19,405 nt of DNA from Candidatus Latescibacter sp. (GCA_030692375.1 JAUYCD010000248.1:1-19405), one strand, 5' to 3'; shown: positions 1 to 8,563, numbered from the stretch's first letter. Translations and numbers: made by a program. Notes: generated by a model from the letters alone, not told the origin.

Positions 1-3000
1 CAATCTGCAGCTCGACCTGCCTGACTGTCACCGCAGGCATGTTGATGGAAAGGGTGCAGGCGGCCTCGCAGGGAGCGGGACACACCCGGCCGGTGATTTC
101 GGGGAAATTGTTGCAGGCGTGGAGAATCTCGTTCGCCTGCCTCCAGGAGCTGCGGGTCACCAACAGATTCCAGTCGGGGATACGGTTCTCAACCGGGCAG
201 CCGAAGCTGTGGCAGTAGGGTATTCCGCAGTCACGGCAGCGGGAGGCCTGGATTTCCGCTTTCTCCGGGGGAAGAAGCGTTTCTATCTCACGGTAATCCT
301 GAATCCGTTCCTCCACCGGCCGTTTCGGGGGATTTTCCCGACGGTGCTCCAAGTAGCTCGGCAGGAAGACCTCCTCTGTGGCAGGCATCGATTCATTTTC
401 CTGGTTCTCCTCGAACCGTATGCGGCGCAGCGATTCACGGTAATCCACCGGCATGACCTTGGCGAAGAGGGGAAGCGAGGAATCCCAGCTCTCCAGAATC
501 TTCCCGGCGCGGGCGCTTCCTGTGTGACGGTGATGGTTCTCGATGAGGTTACGGAGGAGAAGCTCGTCTTCCGGTGAAAGGACGCTTTCGATGTCCACCA
601 TGTCCAGGTTGCAGCGGGTATCGAACGTTTCCGATTCATTGTATACGAACGCGATGCCGCCGCTCATTCCTGCGGCGAAATTATTCCCGGTCTCGCCGAG
701 CACTACCACTACTCCTCCGGTCATATACTCGCAGCCATGGTCGCCCACACTCTCCACCACCGCTACAGCCCCGCTGTTACGCACTGCAAAACGCTCACCC
801 GCTGTGCCGTAGAGGTAGACCTCACCTCCTGTCGCGCCGTAGAGGACGACGTTCCCGGCAATGACATTTTCCCAAGGCTGGAAAAGGGCGCCTTCCGGCG
901 GAGTGAGGATAATCCTTCCTCCGGACATTCCCTTGCCAAGGTAATCGTTGGCGATCCCCTCCAGGCGCAGGGTGACACCCGGAACAAGAAACGCCCCGAA
1001 GCTCTGCCCGGCGGTGCCCGTAAGATGGATATTCACCGTGCCGTCTGGGAGACCCTTCTCCCCGAAGCGCCGGATGATCTCCGCGGAAAGGGAGGTTCCC
1101 ACCGTACGGTGGATATTACGCACTGCGGCCCGGATGGTGACAGGCTGCCCGGTTTCGAGTGCGGGGGCGGCAAGCGAAAAAATTTCCTTATCCAGCGCAG
1201 GCCGCTCTGTGTGCGCCGCCGATGAAAAACCGCATGCTGATTTGCAGCTTCCGTCTGCGGAGGGATAGAGGATCGCGGACAAATCCAGGGTTTTCGCTTT
1301 GTAATGTTGTATATCCGTCCGGGGTTCGAGCATCTCCGTATGCCCTATCATCTCCTCGGCCGTCCGGAACCCCAGCATAGCCATGTATTCACGGAGATCC
1401 TCAGCCAGAAAGCGCATCATGTTCATGACATGTTCGGGCCTTCCTGCGAAATGGGCGCGCAGATTCGGGTCCTGGGTGGCCACCCCGACAGAGCATGCGT
1501 TGAGATGACATTTCCGCAGAAGCACACACCCAAGAGATACCAGCGCCATGGTTCCGAACCCGAACTCATCGGCGCCCAGAAGCGCGGCGATGGCCAGGTC
1601 GCGGCCGGTTCTGAGCTGGCCGTCCACATGGATGCGCACCCCGGCCCGAAGATCGTTCCGGATGAGGGTCTGCTGGGTCTCCGCCAGGCCGAGCTCCCAG
1701 GGCAGCCCCACATGCTTTATGGAGGTGAGCGGGGAGGCTCCGGTGCCGCCGTCGCAGCCGGAAATCACCACAATATCCGCCTTGGCTTTTACCACTCCCG
1801 CCGCTACTGTGCCGACTCCGGCCTCGGAAACAAGCTTGACCGAGATTTTTCCCCGGGGATTCACCGCACGGAGGTCGTATATCAATTGTGCAAGGTCCTC
1901 GATCGAGTAAATATCATGGTGCGGCGGCGGCGAGATGAGAGTGACTCCGGGGGTGGAGTGACGAATCCGGGCGATTTCACGGGTCACCTTGTGACCGGGG
2001 AGCTGGCCCCCCTCGCCCGGTTTGGCGCCCTGGGCGATCTTGATCTGAAGCTCATCGGCATTGACCAGGTAATTCGTGGTGACTCCGAAGCGTCCCGAAG
2101 CCACCTGCTTTATTGCCGACCGCCGGTTGTCGCCGTTTCCGGAAGGGACATACCGCGCCGCGTCCTCGCCGCCTTCCCCGGAATTGCTCCGGGCGCCCAG
2201 ACGGTTCATGGCGATGGCCAGGGTCTCGTGCGCCTCAGGGCTGAGCGAGCCCATGGACATGGCCGAGGTTGCGAACCGCTTCACAATGCTCTCGACAGGC
2301 TCAACCTCTTCGATGGGGACCGGGTTGCATTTTCTGAACTGCAGGAGGCTCCGCAGGGTTATCTGTTCATCGGACTGGTTGTCGATGATCCGTGTATACT
2401 CTTTGAATGCCCCATAGTCGTTCGACCTCACCGCATACTGAAGCCGGGATATGGCCCGTGGCGACCAGAGATGCTTTTCCCCTCCGCCTCTGACCTTGTA
2501 ACCGCCGCCCGGTTCAAGACCCGCCCCGGCGGATTCCCCGGCAAAGGCATACCCATACCGTTCCAGGGTTTCACGGGCGATCTCCTCCAGGCCGATTCCC
2601 CCGATGCGTGAAACAGTCCCGGAAAAATATGTGTCTATAAGCTCACGCGAAAGACCGAGCGCCTCGAATATCTGCGCCCCGAAATAGCTGCGGATGGTGG
2701 ATATGCCGATGCGGCTCATGGTTTTCATAAGCCCCTTTTTGATGGCGGTAATATAGGAGTCCACCGCCAAATCGGGCTTTGTGGGGATATCGTACAGGCC
2801 GTCCTCGCTGAGCCGCCGTATGGTGGAGAACGCCACATGGGGGCAGACTGCGCTCGCGCCGTATCCGATCAGGAGGGCAAAGTGCATGATCTCCCGCGCC
2901 TCGCCGGTTTCCACAATGAGCGACACCCGGGAGCGCTTTCCTTCCCTTACCAGGTGGTGGTGCAGTCCTGACACAGCCAGGAGTGAAGGGATTGGGGCAT

Positions 3001-4903
3001 ATTCCCTGTTCATGTTACGGTCGGTCAGGATGAGGAAGCTCACCCCGCTGTCCATCAACTTCTCCGCCCGCTCGAAACAAAAATCCAACGCCTTCCGGAG
3101 CGCTGCCCCGTCCCCATCCGACGGGAAGAGGATATCGATCTCTCCGGTGACGATATCCGGGTGGTTTGCCGAGCGCAGACGCCGCATGTCCTCCGGGGTC
3201 AGGATGGGGTGATGGAGCTTGAGCTGACGGCAGTGTTCCGGAGTTTCTGCGAGCAGGTTCCGCTCGTGGCCTGAAAACCGCATGAGCGACATAACCAGCT
3301 CTTCCCGGAGTGGGTCAATGGGCGGGTTGGTTACCTGGGCAAAAAGCTGTTTGAAGTAGGTGAACAGAAGCTGCGGGCGATGGGAGAGCACTGCAGGCGG
3401 GGTATCGTCGCCCATGGAGCCGACCGGTTCCTGGCCGTGCGCGCCCATGGGAGCCAGGATCATTTTCAGCTCCTCCTCGGTGTAGCCGAACGCCTGCTGT
3501 TTTCGAAGGAGGAGCGCCGGGGCCTCCGGCGGAATCTCTGTCGGAGCGAGCAGCCCCCGAAGCTCGATCTTGTTGTTTCTGACCCAGTGACGGTAGGGGC
3601 GCTGGCGGCATATTTTGGCCTTGATGACGTTGTCGGGTATGATACGGTTCTGCTCCAGGTCCAGAAGAAACATTTTCCCGGGCTGCAGACGGCCATGGGA
3701 GCGGATCCGGTCATCGGGGATATCGAGCACACCCGCCTCCGAGGCCAGCACCACAAGGCCGTCCCTGGTCACCGTATAGCGGGCGGGACGGAGACCGTTG
3801 CGGTCCAGGGTGGCGCCAACATAACGACCGTCGGTGAAAACCATCGCCGCAGGACCGTCCCAGGGCTCCATGAATGATGCATGGTACTCGTAAAAGGCGC
3901 GTTTGTCCTCGCTCATCACAAACTTTGAACCCCAGGCCTCGGGAATCATCATCATCATGGCGTGGGGCAGGGAGCGTCCGGCCATAATCAAAAGCTCCAG
4001 CGCATTGTCGAAAGAGGAGGAATCGCTCCCCCCGGGGGTGATGACCGGCTTGATTTTTTCAATATCGGAACCGAAGAGCGGTGAAGAGAATCCGGCTTCA
4101 CGGGATAGCAGGTGGTTCTTGTTCCCTGAGAGTGTATTGATCTCCCCGTTATGCGCCATAAAGCGGAATGGATGGGCAAGATGCCAGGACGGAAAAGTAT
4201 TGGTGCTGTATCGCTGGTGGATGAGAGCGAACGCGCTCCGGAAATCGGCATCCTGCAAGTCCGGGTAAAACAGGGGAAGGTCTTTCCCGTTCATGAAGCC
4301 CTTGTAGTTCAATGTGCGGGAGGACATGCTCGCCACATAAAAAGGATGGAATTCCGGGGCGTCAAGCGAGTCAATTTCTTTCTCGGCCACTCTCCTGATG
4401 ACATACAGTTTCCGCTCGAAAGCCTCCGGGTCATACGATCCCCCGGCCATGAAAAGCTGGCGAACTCGCGGCTGTGTCAGGCGGGCGAGCTCTCCGAGAT
4501 GGCGTGAATCCACCGGCACCTCGCGCCATCCAAGGACGGCGCACTGTTCCTCTTCGGCGATTCTTTCCAGGATGGATATGCAGCGTTCGGCGCTCTCTTT
4601 TTCCCCAGGGAGGAACATCATGGCGACACCGTAGCCGCCTTCCTCCGGGAGGTGAATGCCAAGGTTTCCGCATTCGCGCCTGAGGAACAGGTCGGGAATC
4701 CGCACCAGTATTCCGGCGCCGTCGCCGGTGGCCTGGTCGCTGTTCACCGCCCCGCGATGCTCCAGGTTCATAAGAACTTCCACCCCGTTTTCGATGATCT
4801 GATGCGAGGGGATGCCGTCGATACGGGCTACAAAACCGACCCCGCAGGTATCATGTTCAAATACAGGGTTGTATAAACCTTCCGGCTGCATTTTAGGTTC
4901 CAT
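1..4903 (-). CDS. gltB: Glutamate synthase, single-polypeptide NAD(P)H type: GltB large-subunit domains fused in frame to a GltD-like small-subunit N-terminal region. The 3' end lies beyond the window; an alternative start is the Met at 4891.
   Basis: The minus-strand translation starts MEPKMQPEGLYNPVFEHDTCGVGFVA, an Ntn-type catalytic Cys. Conserved motifs follow: HQRYSTNTFPSWHLAHPFRFMAHNGEINT, SNSGEGGE, AQGAKPGEGGQLPGHKV and ISGCDGGTGASP. An in-frame TAA lies upstream, at + positions 4916-4918. I checked codon by codon that no stop occurs in this frame between about 600 and 1. The frame continues from ...LIENHHRHTGSARAGKILESWDSS... through a short linker (FEENQENESMPATEEVF) into RPVEERIQDYREIE...RCRDCGIPYCHSFGCPVENRIPDWN...NNFPEITGRVCPAPCEAACTLSI, which is the GltD Fe-S N-terminal signature. 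The ORF is missing from the supplied track, as expected for an ORF with no stop inside the window. Confidence 0.9.
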   Translation of the reverse strand, partial: MEPKMQPEGLYNPVFEHDTCGVGFVARIDGIPSHQIIENGVEVLMNLEHRGAVNSDQATGDGAGILVRIPDLFLRRECGNLGIHLPEEGGYGVAMMFLPGEKESAERCISILERIAEEEQCAVLGWREVPVDSRHLGELARLTQPRVRQLFMAGGSYDPEAFERKLYVIRRVAEKEIDSLDAPEFHPFYVASMSSRTLNYKGFMNGKDLPLFYPDLQDADFRSAFALIHQRYSTNTFPSWHLAHPFRFMAHNGEINTLSGNKNHLLSREAGFSSPLFGSDIEKIKPVITPGGSDSSSFDNALELLIMAGRSLPHAMMMMIPEAWGSKFVMSEDKRAFYEYHASFMEPWDGPAAMVFTDGRYVGATLDRNGLRPARYTVTRDGLVVLASEAGVLDIPDDRIRSHGRLQPGKMFLLDLEQNRIIPDNVIKAKICRQRPYRHWVRNNKIELRGLLAPTEIPPEAPALLLRKQQAFGYTEEELKMILAPMGAHGQEPVGSMGDDTPPAVLSHRPQLLFTYFKQLFAQVTNPPIDPLREELVMSLMRFSGHERNLLAETPEHCRQLKLHHPILTPEDMRRLRSANHPDIVTGEIDILFPSDGDGAALRKALDFCFERAEKLMDSGVSFLILTDRNMNREYAPIPSLLAVSGLHHHLVREGKRSRVSLIVETGEAREIMHFALLIGYGASAVCPHVAFSTIRRLSEDGLYDIPTKPDLAVDSYITAIKKGLMKTMSRIGISTIRSYFGAQIFEALGLSRELIDTYFSGTVSRIGGIGLEEIARETLERYGYAFAGESAGAGLEPGGGYKVRGGGEKHLWSPRAISRLQYAVRSNDYGAFKEYTRIIDNQSDEQITLRSLLQFRKCNPVPIEEVEPVESIVKRFATSAMSMGSLSPEAHETLAIAMNRLGARSNSGEGGEDAARYVPSGNGDNRRSAIKQVASGRFGVTTNYLVNADELQIKIAQGAKPGEGGQLPGHKVTREIARIRHSTPGVTLISPPPHHDIYSIEDLAQLIYDLRAVNPRGKISVKLVSEAGVGTVAAGVVKAKADIVVISGCDGGTGASPLTSIKHVGLPWELGLAETQQTLIRNDLRAGVRIHVDGQLRTGRDLAIAALLGADEFGFGTMALVSLGCVLLRKCHLNACSVGVATQDPNLRAHFAGRPEHVMNMMRFLAEDLREYMAMLGFRTAEEMIGHTEMLEPRTDIQHYKAKTLDLSAILYPSADGSCKSACGFSSAAHTERPALDKEIFSLAAPALETGQPVTIRAAVRNIHRTVGTSLSAEIIRRFGEKGLPDGTVNIHLTGTAGQSFGAFLVPGVTLRLEGIANDYLGKGMSGGRIILTPPEGALFQPWENVIAGNVVLYGATGGEVYLYGTAGERFAVRNSGAVAVVESVGDHGCEYMTGGVVVVLGETGNNFAAGMSGGIAFVYNESETFDTRCNLDMVDIESVLSPEDELLLRNLIENHHRHTGSARAGKILESWDSSLPLFAKVMPVDYRESLRRIRFEENQENESMPATEEVFLPSYLEHRRENPPKRPVEERIQDYREIETLLPPEKAEIQASRCRDCGIPYCHSFGCPVENRIPDWNLLVTRSSWRQANEILHACNNFPEITGRVCPAPCEAACTLSINMPAVTVRQVELQI

Positions 4904-5237
4904 TATATTAATGTATTACCCCGCAGGAAGCTGTGAAATATAAGTCGAATACATATTCCACCGATTCCCCGGGGAGGTCAAGATAACGGGCTTTGGGATA
5001 AAACGAATAGAGAGATGGGAAGTTTCAGAGAAAACATGCAGAGTACGGAAACCAATGCAGTCAGGTATGAAAAACGCTTCTCTTTCACCGTGTTCTTTTA
5101 GTATCTTTACAGGATGGAAATTCCCCCTTATCCTCAATCGCACAAATATAGAGAGCTGCTGTGTTGAAAGTCAAGCAGGAACGGAGCTATATTTCTATAT
5201 GTGATGACATATTTTATTGCGTTTCTTTTCAAATTAG

Positions 5238-5289
5238 ATGCCGAAACAAGTTCGGCATGACACGTGTCATCCTGAACTCGTTTCAGGAT
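5238..5289. promoter_or_regulatory. Three consecutive dyad symmetries that overlap by 2 nt. They are ATGCCGAA-acaag-TTCGGCAT (5238-5258), the perfect 14-bp palindrome ATGACACGTGTCAT (5257-5270), and ATCCTGAA-ctcgt-TTCAGGAT (5269-5289). Candidate operator cluster 83-134 nt upstream of ackA.
   Basis: Read directly from the sequence. Each outer dyad is a perfect 8-bp arm with a 5-nt spacer, and both share the pattern ATnCnGAA-N5-TTCnGnAT. Confidence 0.4.
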
Positions 5290-5371
5290 CTAAACACTCA
5301 AAACATGCGCAATTATTTATGTCGTCATGTAAATATTTACGATCAAGGATTATCGCGTTTAGGAGGTTTGT

Positions 5372-6568
5372 TTGAAGGTTCTCGTTATCAACTGCGGCAG
5401 TTCTTCGGTGAAATACCAGCTTATGGATACAGCGGACGAATCGGTTCTGGCAAAGGGGCTGGTCGAGCGTATAGGATTTGAGGATGCCATTTTTACCCAT
5501 ATTCCGACGAACGGTGAGAAACAGGTGCAGACCCTGCCGGTGAAGAACCACGTCATCGCCATGAAATATGTACTGGACTGTCTTGTCGGCGAGGGTGGTG
5601 TAGTGAAAAGCCTGGCCCAGATCGGCGCTGTCGGGCACCGGTTTGTCAACGGCGGCAGGGAGTTTATCGAGCCGGTGACAGCCACCAGGCTGGTTCTGAA
5701 AAAGCTCCATGAAACTGCGGACCTCGCACCGCTCCATAACCCGGCGAACCTTCTGGGAATCGAGGCCTGCATGGCTGCCATGCCCGATACTCCGCAGGTA
5801 ATAGTGTTCGACACCGGCTTCCATGCGCGAATACCGGCGAAGGCTTACATGTACGCCCTGCCGTACCGGTACTACGAAAAATACGGCATCCGGCGCTACG
5901 GCTTCCACGGTACCTCACACTACTATGTTTCCCACAGGGCGGCGGAGATTCTGGGAAAACCGATCGAGGAATTGAAGATCATCACCTGTCACCTCGGAAA
6001 CGGCTGCTCTGTGGATGCGGTCAGGGACGGCTGGGCTGTGGACACCTCCATGGGATTCACCCCGCTAGAAGGGCTCATGATGGGTACCCGGACCGGCGAT
6101 ATCGACTGCGCCGCGCCCCTGTACATCATGAAAAAAGAGGGCATCTCCCCCGAAGAGATGGATACCATAATGAACAAGAAAAGCGGGCTCCTCGGTGTGA
6201 CCGGAATCTCCTCGGATATGCGTGAGATCGAGAGCTCTGCGGAAAAAGGAAACGAGCTTGCCATACTGGCCCTGGACATGTACTGCTACCGGATAAAAAA
6301 ATATATTTCAGCCTATACAGGTATTCTCGGCGGTCTGGATGTGCTGGTGTTTACCGCGGGAGTAGGAGAGCACAGTCCCCGGATCCGTGAAAAAGCCTGC
6401 GAGGGGCTTTCCTTCCTTGGTGTCGAGATTGATACGGAGAAGAACGCCCAAACCAGGGGCGGCGGCGCCGAGATCGGGAAAAAGGACTCCCGGATCCGCA
6501 TCCTGGTTATCCCTACCAACGAGGAGCTGGTCATCGCCCGTGAGGCCGAAAGGAGAACCAGACTTTGA
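5372..6568 (+). CDS. ackA: Acetate kinase
   Basis: TTG start at 5372, 5 nt after AGGAGG (5361-5366). N-terminus MKVLVINCGSSSVKYQL. Further motifs are VGHRFVNGG, VFDTGFH, YGFHGTSH, CHLGNGCS, VDTSMGFTPLEGLMMGTRTGDID and VIPTNEE, the acetate/propionate kinase signatures. Confidence 0.93.
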   Translation: MKVLVINCGSSSVKYQLMDTADESVLAKGLVERIGFEDAIFTHIPTNGEKQVQTLPVKNHVIAMKYVLDCLVGEGGVVKSLAQIGAVGHRFVNGGREFIEPVTATRLVLKKLHETADLAPLHNPANLLGIEACMAAMPDTPQVIVFDTGFHARIPAKAYMYALPYRYYEKYGIRRYGFHGTSHYYVSHRAAEILGKPIEELKIITCHLGNGCSVDAVRDGWAVDTSMGFTPLEGLMMGTRTGDIDCAAPLYIMKKEGISPEEMDTIMNKKSGLLGVTGISSDMREIESSAEKGNELAILALDMYCYRIKKYISAYTGILGGLDVLVFTAGVGEHSPRIREKACEGLSFLGVEIDTEKNAQTRGGGAEIGKKDSRIRILVIPTNEELVIAREAERRTRL

Positions 6569-7875
6569 AAAAATCTAATAACACCTCGATACTAAAAGCG
6601 GTGATACTGTCAGTGTTCTTTATCTGCTCCCTTTCACCGGTTACCATTCAGTTCGCCTCAGCCGCAGAAAAAGACAAAAGCGAGGCCATCTCCCCCGATT
6701 TCTTCCCTATCTTTCCCTGCGACCCGCAGCACGGTTATCGGGCGCCATTCATTCAAAAGCGCACCTGGGGCCTGGAAAGCATCAAGGAATGCAACTATAC
6801 CATGGCCGGATTTGTGCGCCCGGAAGACCTTCCCGAATGTGAAAAGCTCGGCCTGGCCGCGATCATGATCTCCGGCTCAGGGTTGATACGGGCCAAGGAA
6901 TGGGGAAAATTCTCCGACGCCAAAATCGACAGCATCATAAAAAAGATGGTCGACGAGGCAGGCTCAAGCAAGGCGGTTTTCGGATTCCATATCACCGACG
7001 AGCCGGGCGCTTCCATGTTCCCCCAGGTAGCTAAGGCGGTGGCTGCGGTGAAGAAATACGCCCCCGGCAAGCTGGCATATCTCAACATCTACCCCAATTA
7101 CGCCACTCTCGGTGCGAAGAATCTATCCCAAATGGAAACCGACAGTTATTCCGAATACCTGGAACGGTTCGTCCGGGAGGTCAAACCCCAGTTCATCAGC
7201 TATGATAACTACATGGTCGAATACTCCCAGGATTTACAGGACAGCGTCAAGGCGGCGAGCTACTATACCAATCTCATGGAGGTGCGCGCGCTTTCCTTGA
7301 AATACGATCTGCCGTTCTGGAATACGGTCTCCTCGAATCAGATACGCCCCACCGCCACCATTCCTTCACCGGCCAACCTGCGGTTTCAGGCTTACACCAC
7401 CCTGGCTGCCGGCGGGAAAGGAGTCAAATGGTATACCTACTACTCCCGTGATGCCTACGGATATGCCCCTATAGACAAAGGCGACCGTAAAAGCCAGACC
7501 TGGTATTATGTGAAGGATGTGAACCGTGAGATTCTCACTCTCGCTCCGATTTTAATAGGATTGAAAACCACCGGGGTGTATTTCACAGCTCCTCTCCCGG
7601 TATCATCGCTTCCGGTGTTGCCGGGGGCGCTCATTCAGTCGGCGGAATCGGATGCGCCGCTGATGATCGGCGAGTTTGACGGTCCCGGCGGCGCCCGCTA
7701 TACGATGGCGGTCAATCTCAGCCTTCAAAAGTCGGCAAAAGTAAGCCTCACGGCGAGAAGTTCCTCGGATACGTTGCAGCTCATTTCTGCGGCGGACGGC
7801 GCCCCCGCAGATTTGGATTCCAAAACCGGATTCTGGCTGACAGCGGGCCAGGGGGCTTTAATAAGGATGAAGTAG
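6565..7875 (+). CDS. Secreted hypothetical protein, 436 aa, with an N-terminal signal peptide. Possibly a glycoside-hydrolase-like TIM-barrel fold; function unknown.
   Basis: The TTG start at 6565 overlaps the ackA TGA stop (TTGA). A Shine-Dalgarno AAAGGAGA (6549-6556) sits 8 nt upstream. The N-terminus MKKSNNTSILKAVILSVFFICSLSPVTIQFASA|AEK is a typical Sec signal. Motifs FGFHITDEPG, YLNIYPNYA and FISYDNY resemble the NEP/NEY-type acid-base region of clan GH-A hydrolases, but this is weak. Confidence 0.7.
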   Translation: MKKSNNTSILKAVILSVFFICSLSPVTIQFASAAEKDKSEAISPDFFPIFPCDPQHGYRAPFIQKRTWGLESIKECNYTMAGFVRPEDLPECEKLGLAAIMISGSGLIRAKEWGKFSDAKIDSIIKKMVDEAGSSKAVFGFHITDEPGASMFPQVAKAVAAVKKYAPGKLAYLNIYPNYATLGAKNLSQMETDSYSEYLERFVREVKPQFISYDNYMVEYSQDLQDSVKAASYYTNLMEVRALSLKYDLPFWNTVSSNQIRPTATIPSPANLRFQAYTTLAAGGKGVKWYTYYSRDAYGYAPIDKGDRKSQTWYYVKDVNREILTLAPILIGLKTTGVYFTAPLPVSSLPVLPGALIQSAESDAPLMIGEFDGPGGARYTMAVNLSLQKSAKVSLTARSSSDTLQLISAADGAPADLDSKTGFWLTAGQGALIRMK

Positions 7876-7995
7876 GAAGGATGAAGGATGAAAAAAATGC
7901 CTGTCCTTTTCTTTTTCCGCCGAAACTCACCCCCTGACCCCCTCTCTATGCTATAGAGGGGGAACTAGAAGGCTCGCAGTGTTATTCAAAAAATA

Positions 7996-8019
7996 GTCAT
8001 GCCGAACTTGTTTCGGTTT
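7996..8019. promoter_or_regulatory. Second, inverted copy of the ATGCCGAA-N5-TTCGG dyad motif, 36 nt upstream of the DinB-family gene start.
   Basis: + strand 7996-8016 (gtcatgccgaacttgtttcgg) is the exact reverse complement of 5241-5261 (ccgaaacaagttcggcatgac), a 21/21 match. Confidence 0.35.
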
Positions 8020-8054
8020 CGAATCTGGTACTCTTACACCCAAAGGAGATCTTA

Positions 8055-8555
8055 ATGTACCGCAGAATCGACGATTTTATCGAGGACTGGAAAACTGAAA
8101 GCGCCGCGACCGTCAAACTCCTGGATGCTCTCACCGATGCATCTCTCACTCATAAAGTATCACCGGAGGGGCGCACCCTGGGATTTCTCGCCTGGCATAT
8201 TCCACTGAGCATTGTGGAGATGGCAAACCGGGCGGGACTCAAGGTGACAGGCCCGGCGGAGGATTCATCCGAACCGGCGCACTCCGCTGATATCGCAGAG
8301 ACTTATCGTGATGCAGCCCGTCAGCTTTCAGAAAGCGTGAAAGTGAACTGGACCGATGCTTCCCTCGATGAGGAGCTGGACATGTACGGCCAGGTCTGGA
8401 AAAAAAGACACATCCTCGCCGTTCTTCTCCGCCACGAGGGGCACCATCGCGGCCAGATGACCGTTCTCATGCGCCAGGCCGGACTGAAAGTTCCCGGCAT
8501 CTACGGCCCATCAAGGGAGGAATGGACATCGTACGGCATGCCGCCGCAGAAGTAG
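8055..8555 (+). CDS. DinB/YfiT-family (DinB_2 superfamily) metal-dependent protein
   Basis: ATG at 8055, 6 nt after AAGGAG (8043-8048). 166 aa. The C-terminal motif LRHEGHHRGQM is the H-x(n)-HHRGQ histidine triad signature of the DinB/YfiT family. Confidence 0.8.
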   Translation: MYRRIDDFIEDWKTESAATVKLLDALTDASLTHKVSPEGRTLGFLAWHIPLSIVEMANRAGLKVTGPAEDSSEPAHSADIAETYRDAARQLSESVKVNWTDASLDEELDMYGQVWKKRHILAVLLRHEGHHRGQMTVLMRQAGLKVPGIYGPSREEWTSYGMPPQK

Positions 8556-8563
8556 GGGCAGTC

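Noticed and set aside
1304-2611. A 435-aa plus-strand ORF and many other plus-strand ORFs of 60-170 aa (119-577, 737-1225, 3380-3877 and others) across 1-4900
   Set aside because: They are antisense to the well-supported gltB reading frame. The translations are low-complexity and rich in R, G, P and A with no motifs. These are typical shadow ORFs of a high-GC gene.
5161-5481. A 106-aa plus-strand ORF with a GTG start overlapping the ackA start
   Set aside because: It is in a different frame from ackA and overlaps its Shine-Dalgarno sequence and N-terminus. No ribosome-binding site. The sequence is implausible.
8010-8030. tRNA T-loop-like string GGTTTCGAATCTGG
   Set aside because: The flanks do not form a T-stem, no acceptor stem or anticodon arm can be built, and no CCA context is present. 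It is not a tRNA or an obvious tRNA fragment.
8556-8563. Terminator between the convergent DinB-family gene and paralog A, whose stops are only 8 nt apart
   Set aside because: No hairpin or U-tract fits in 8 nt. The GCGGCCGC palindrome there is inside the coding 3' end. Any terminators must lie within the opposing coding sequences.
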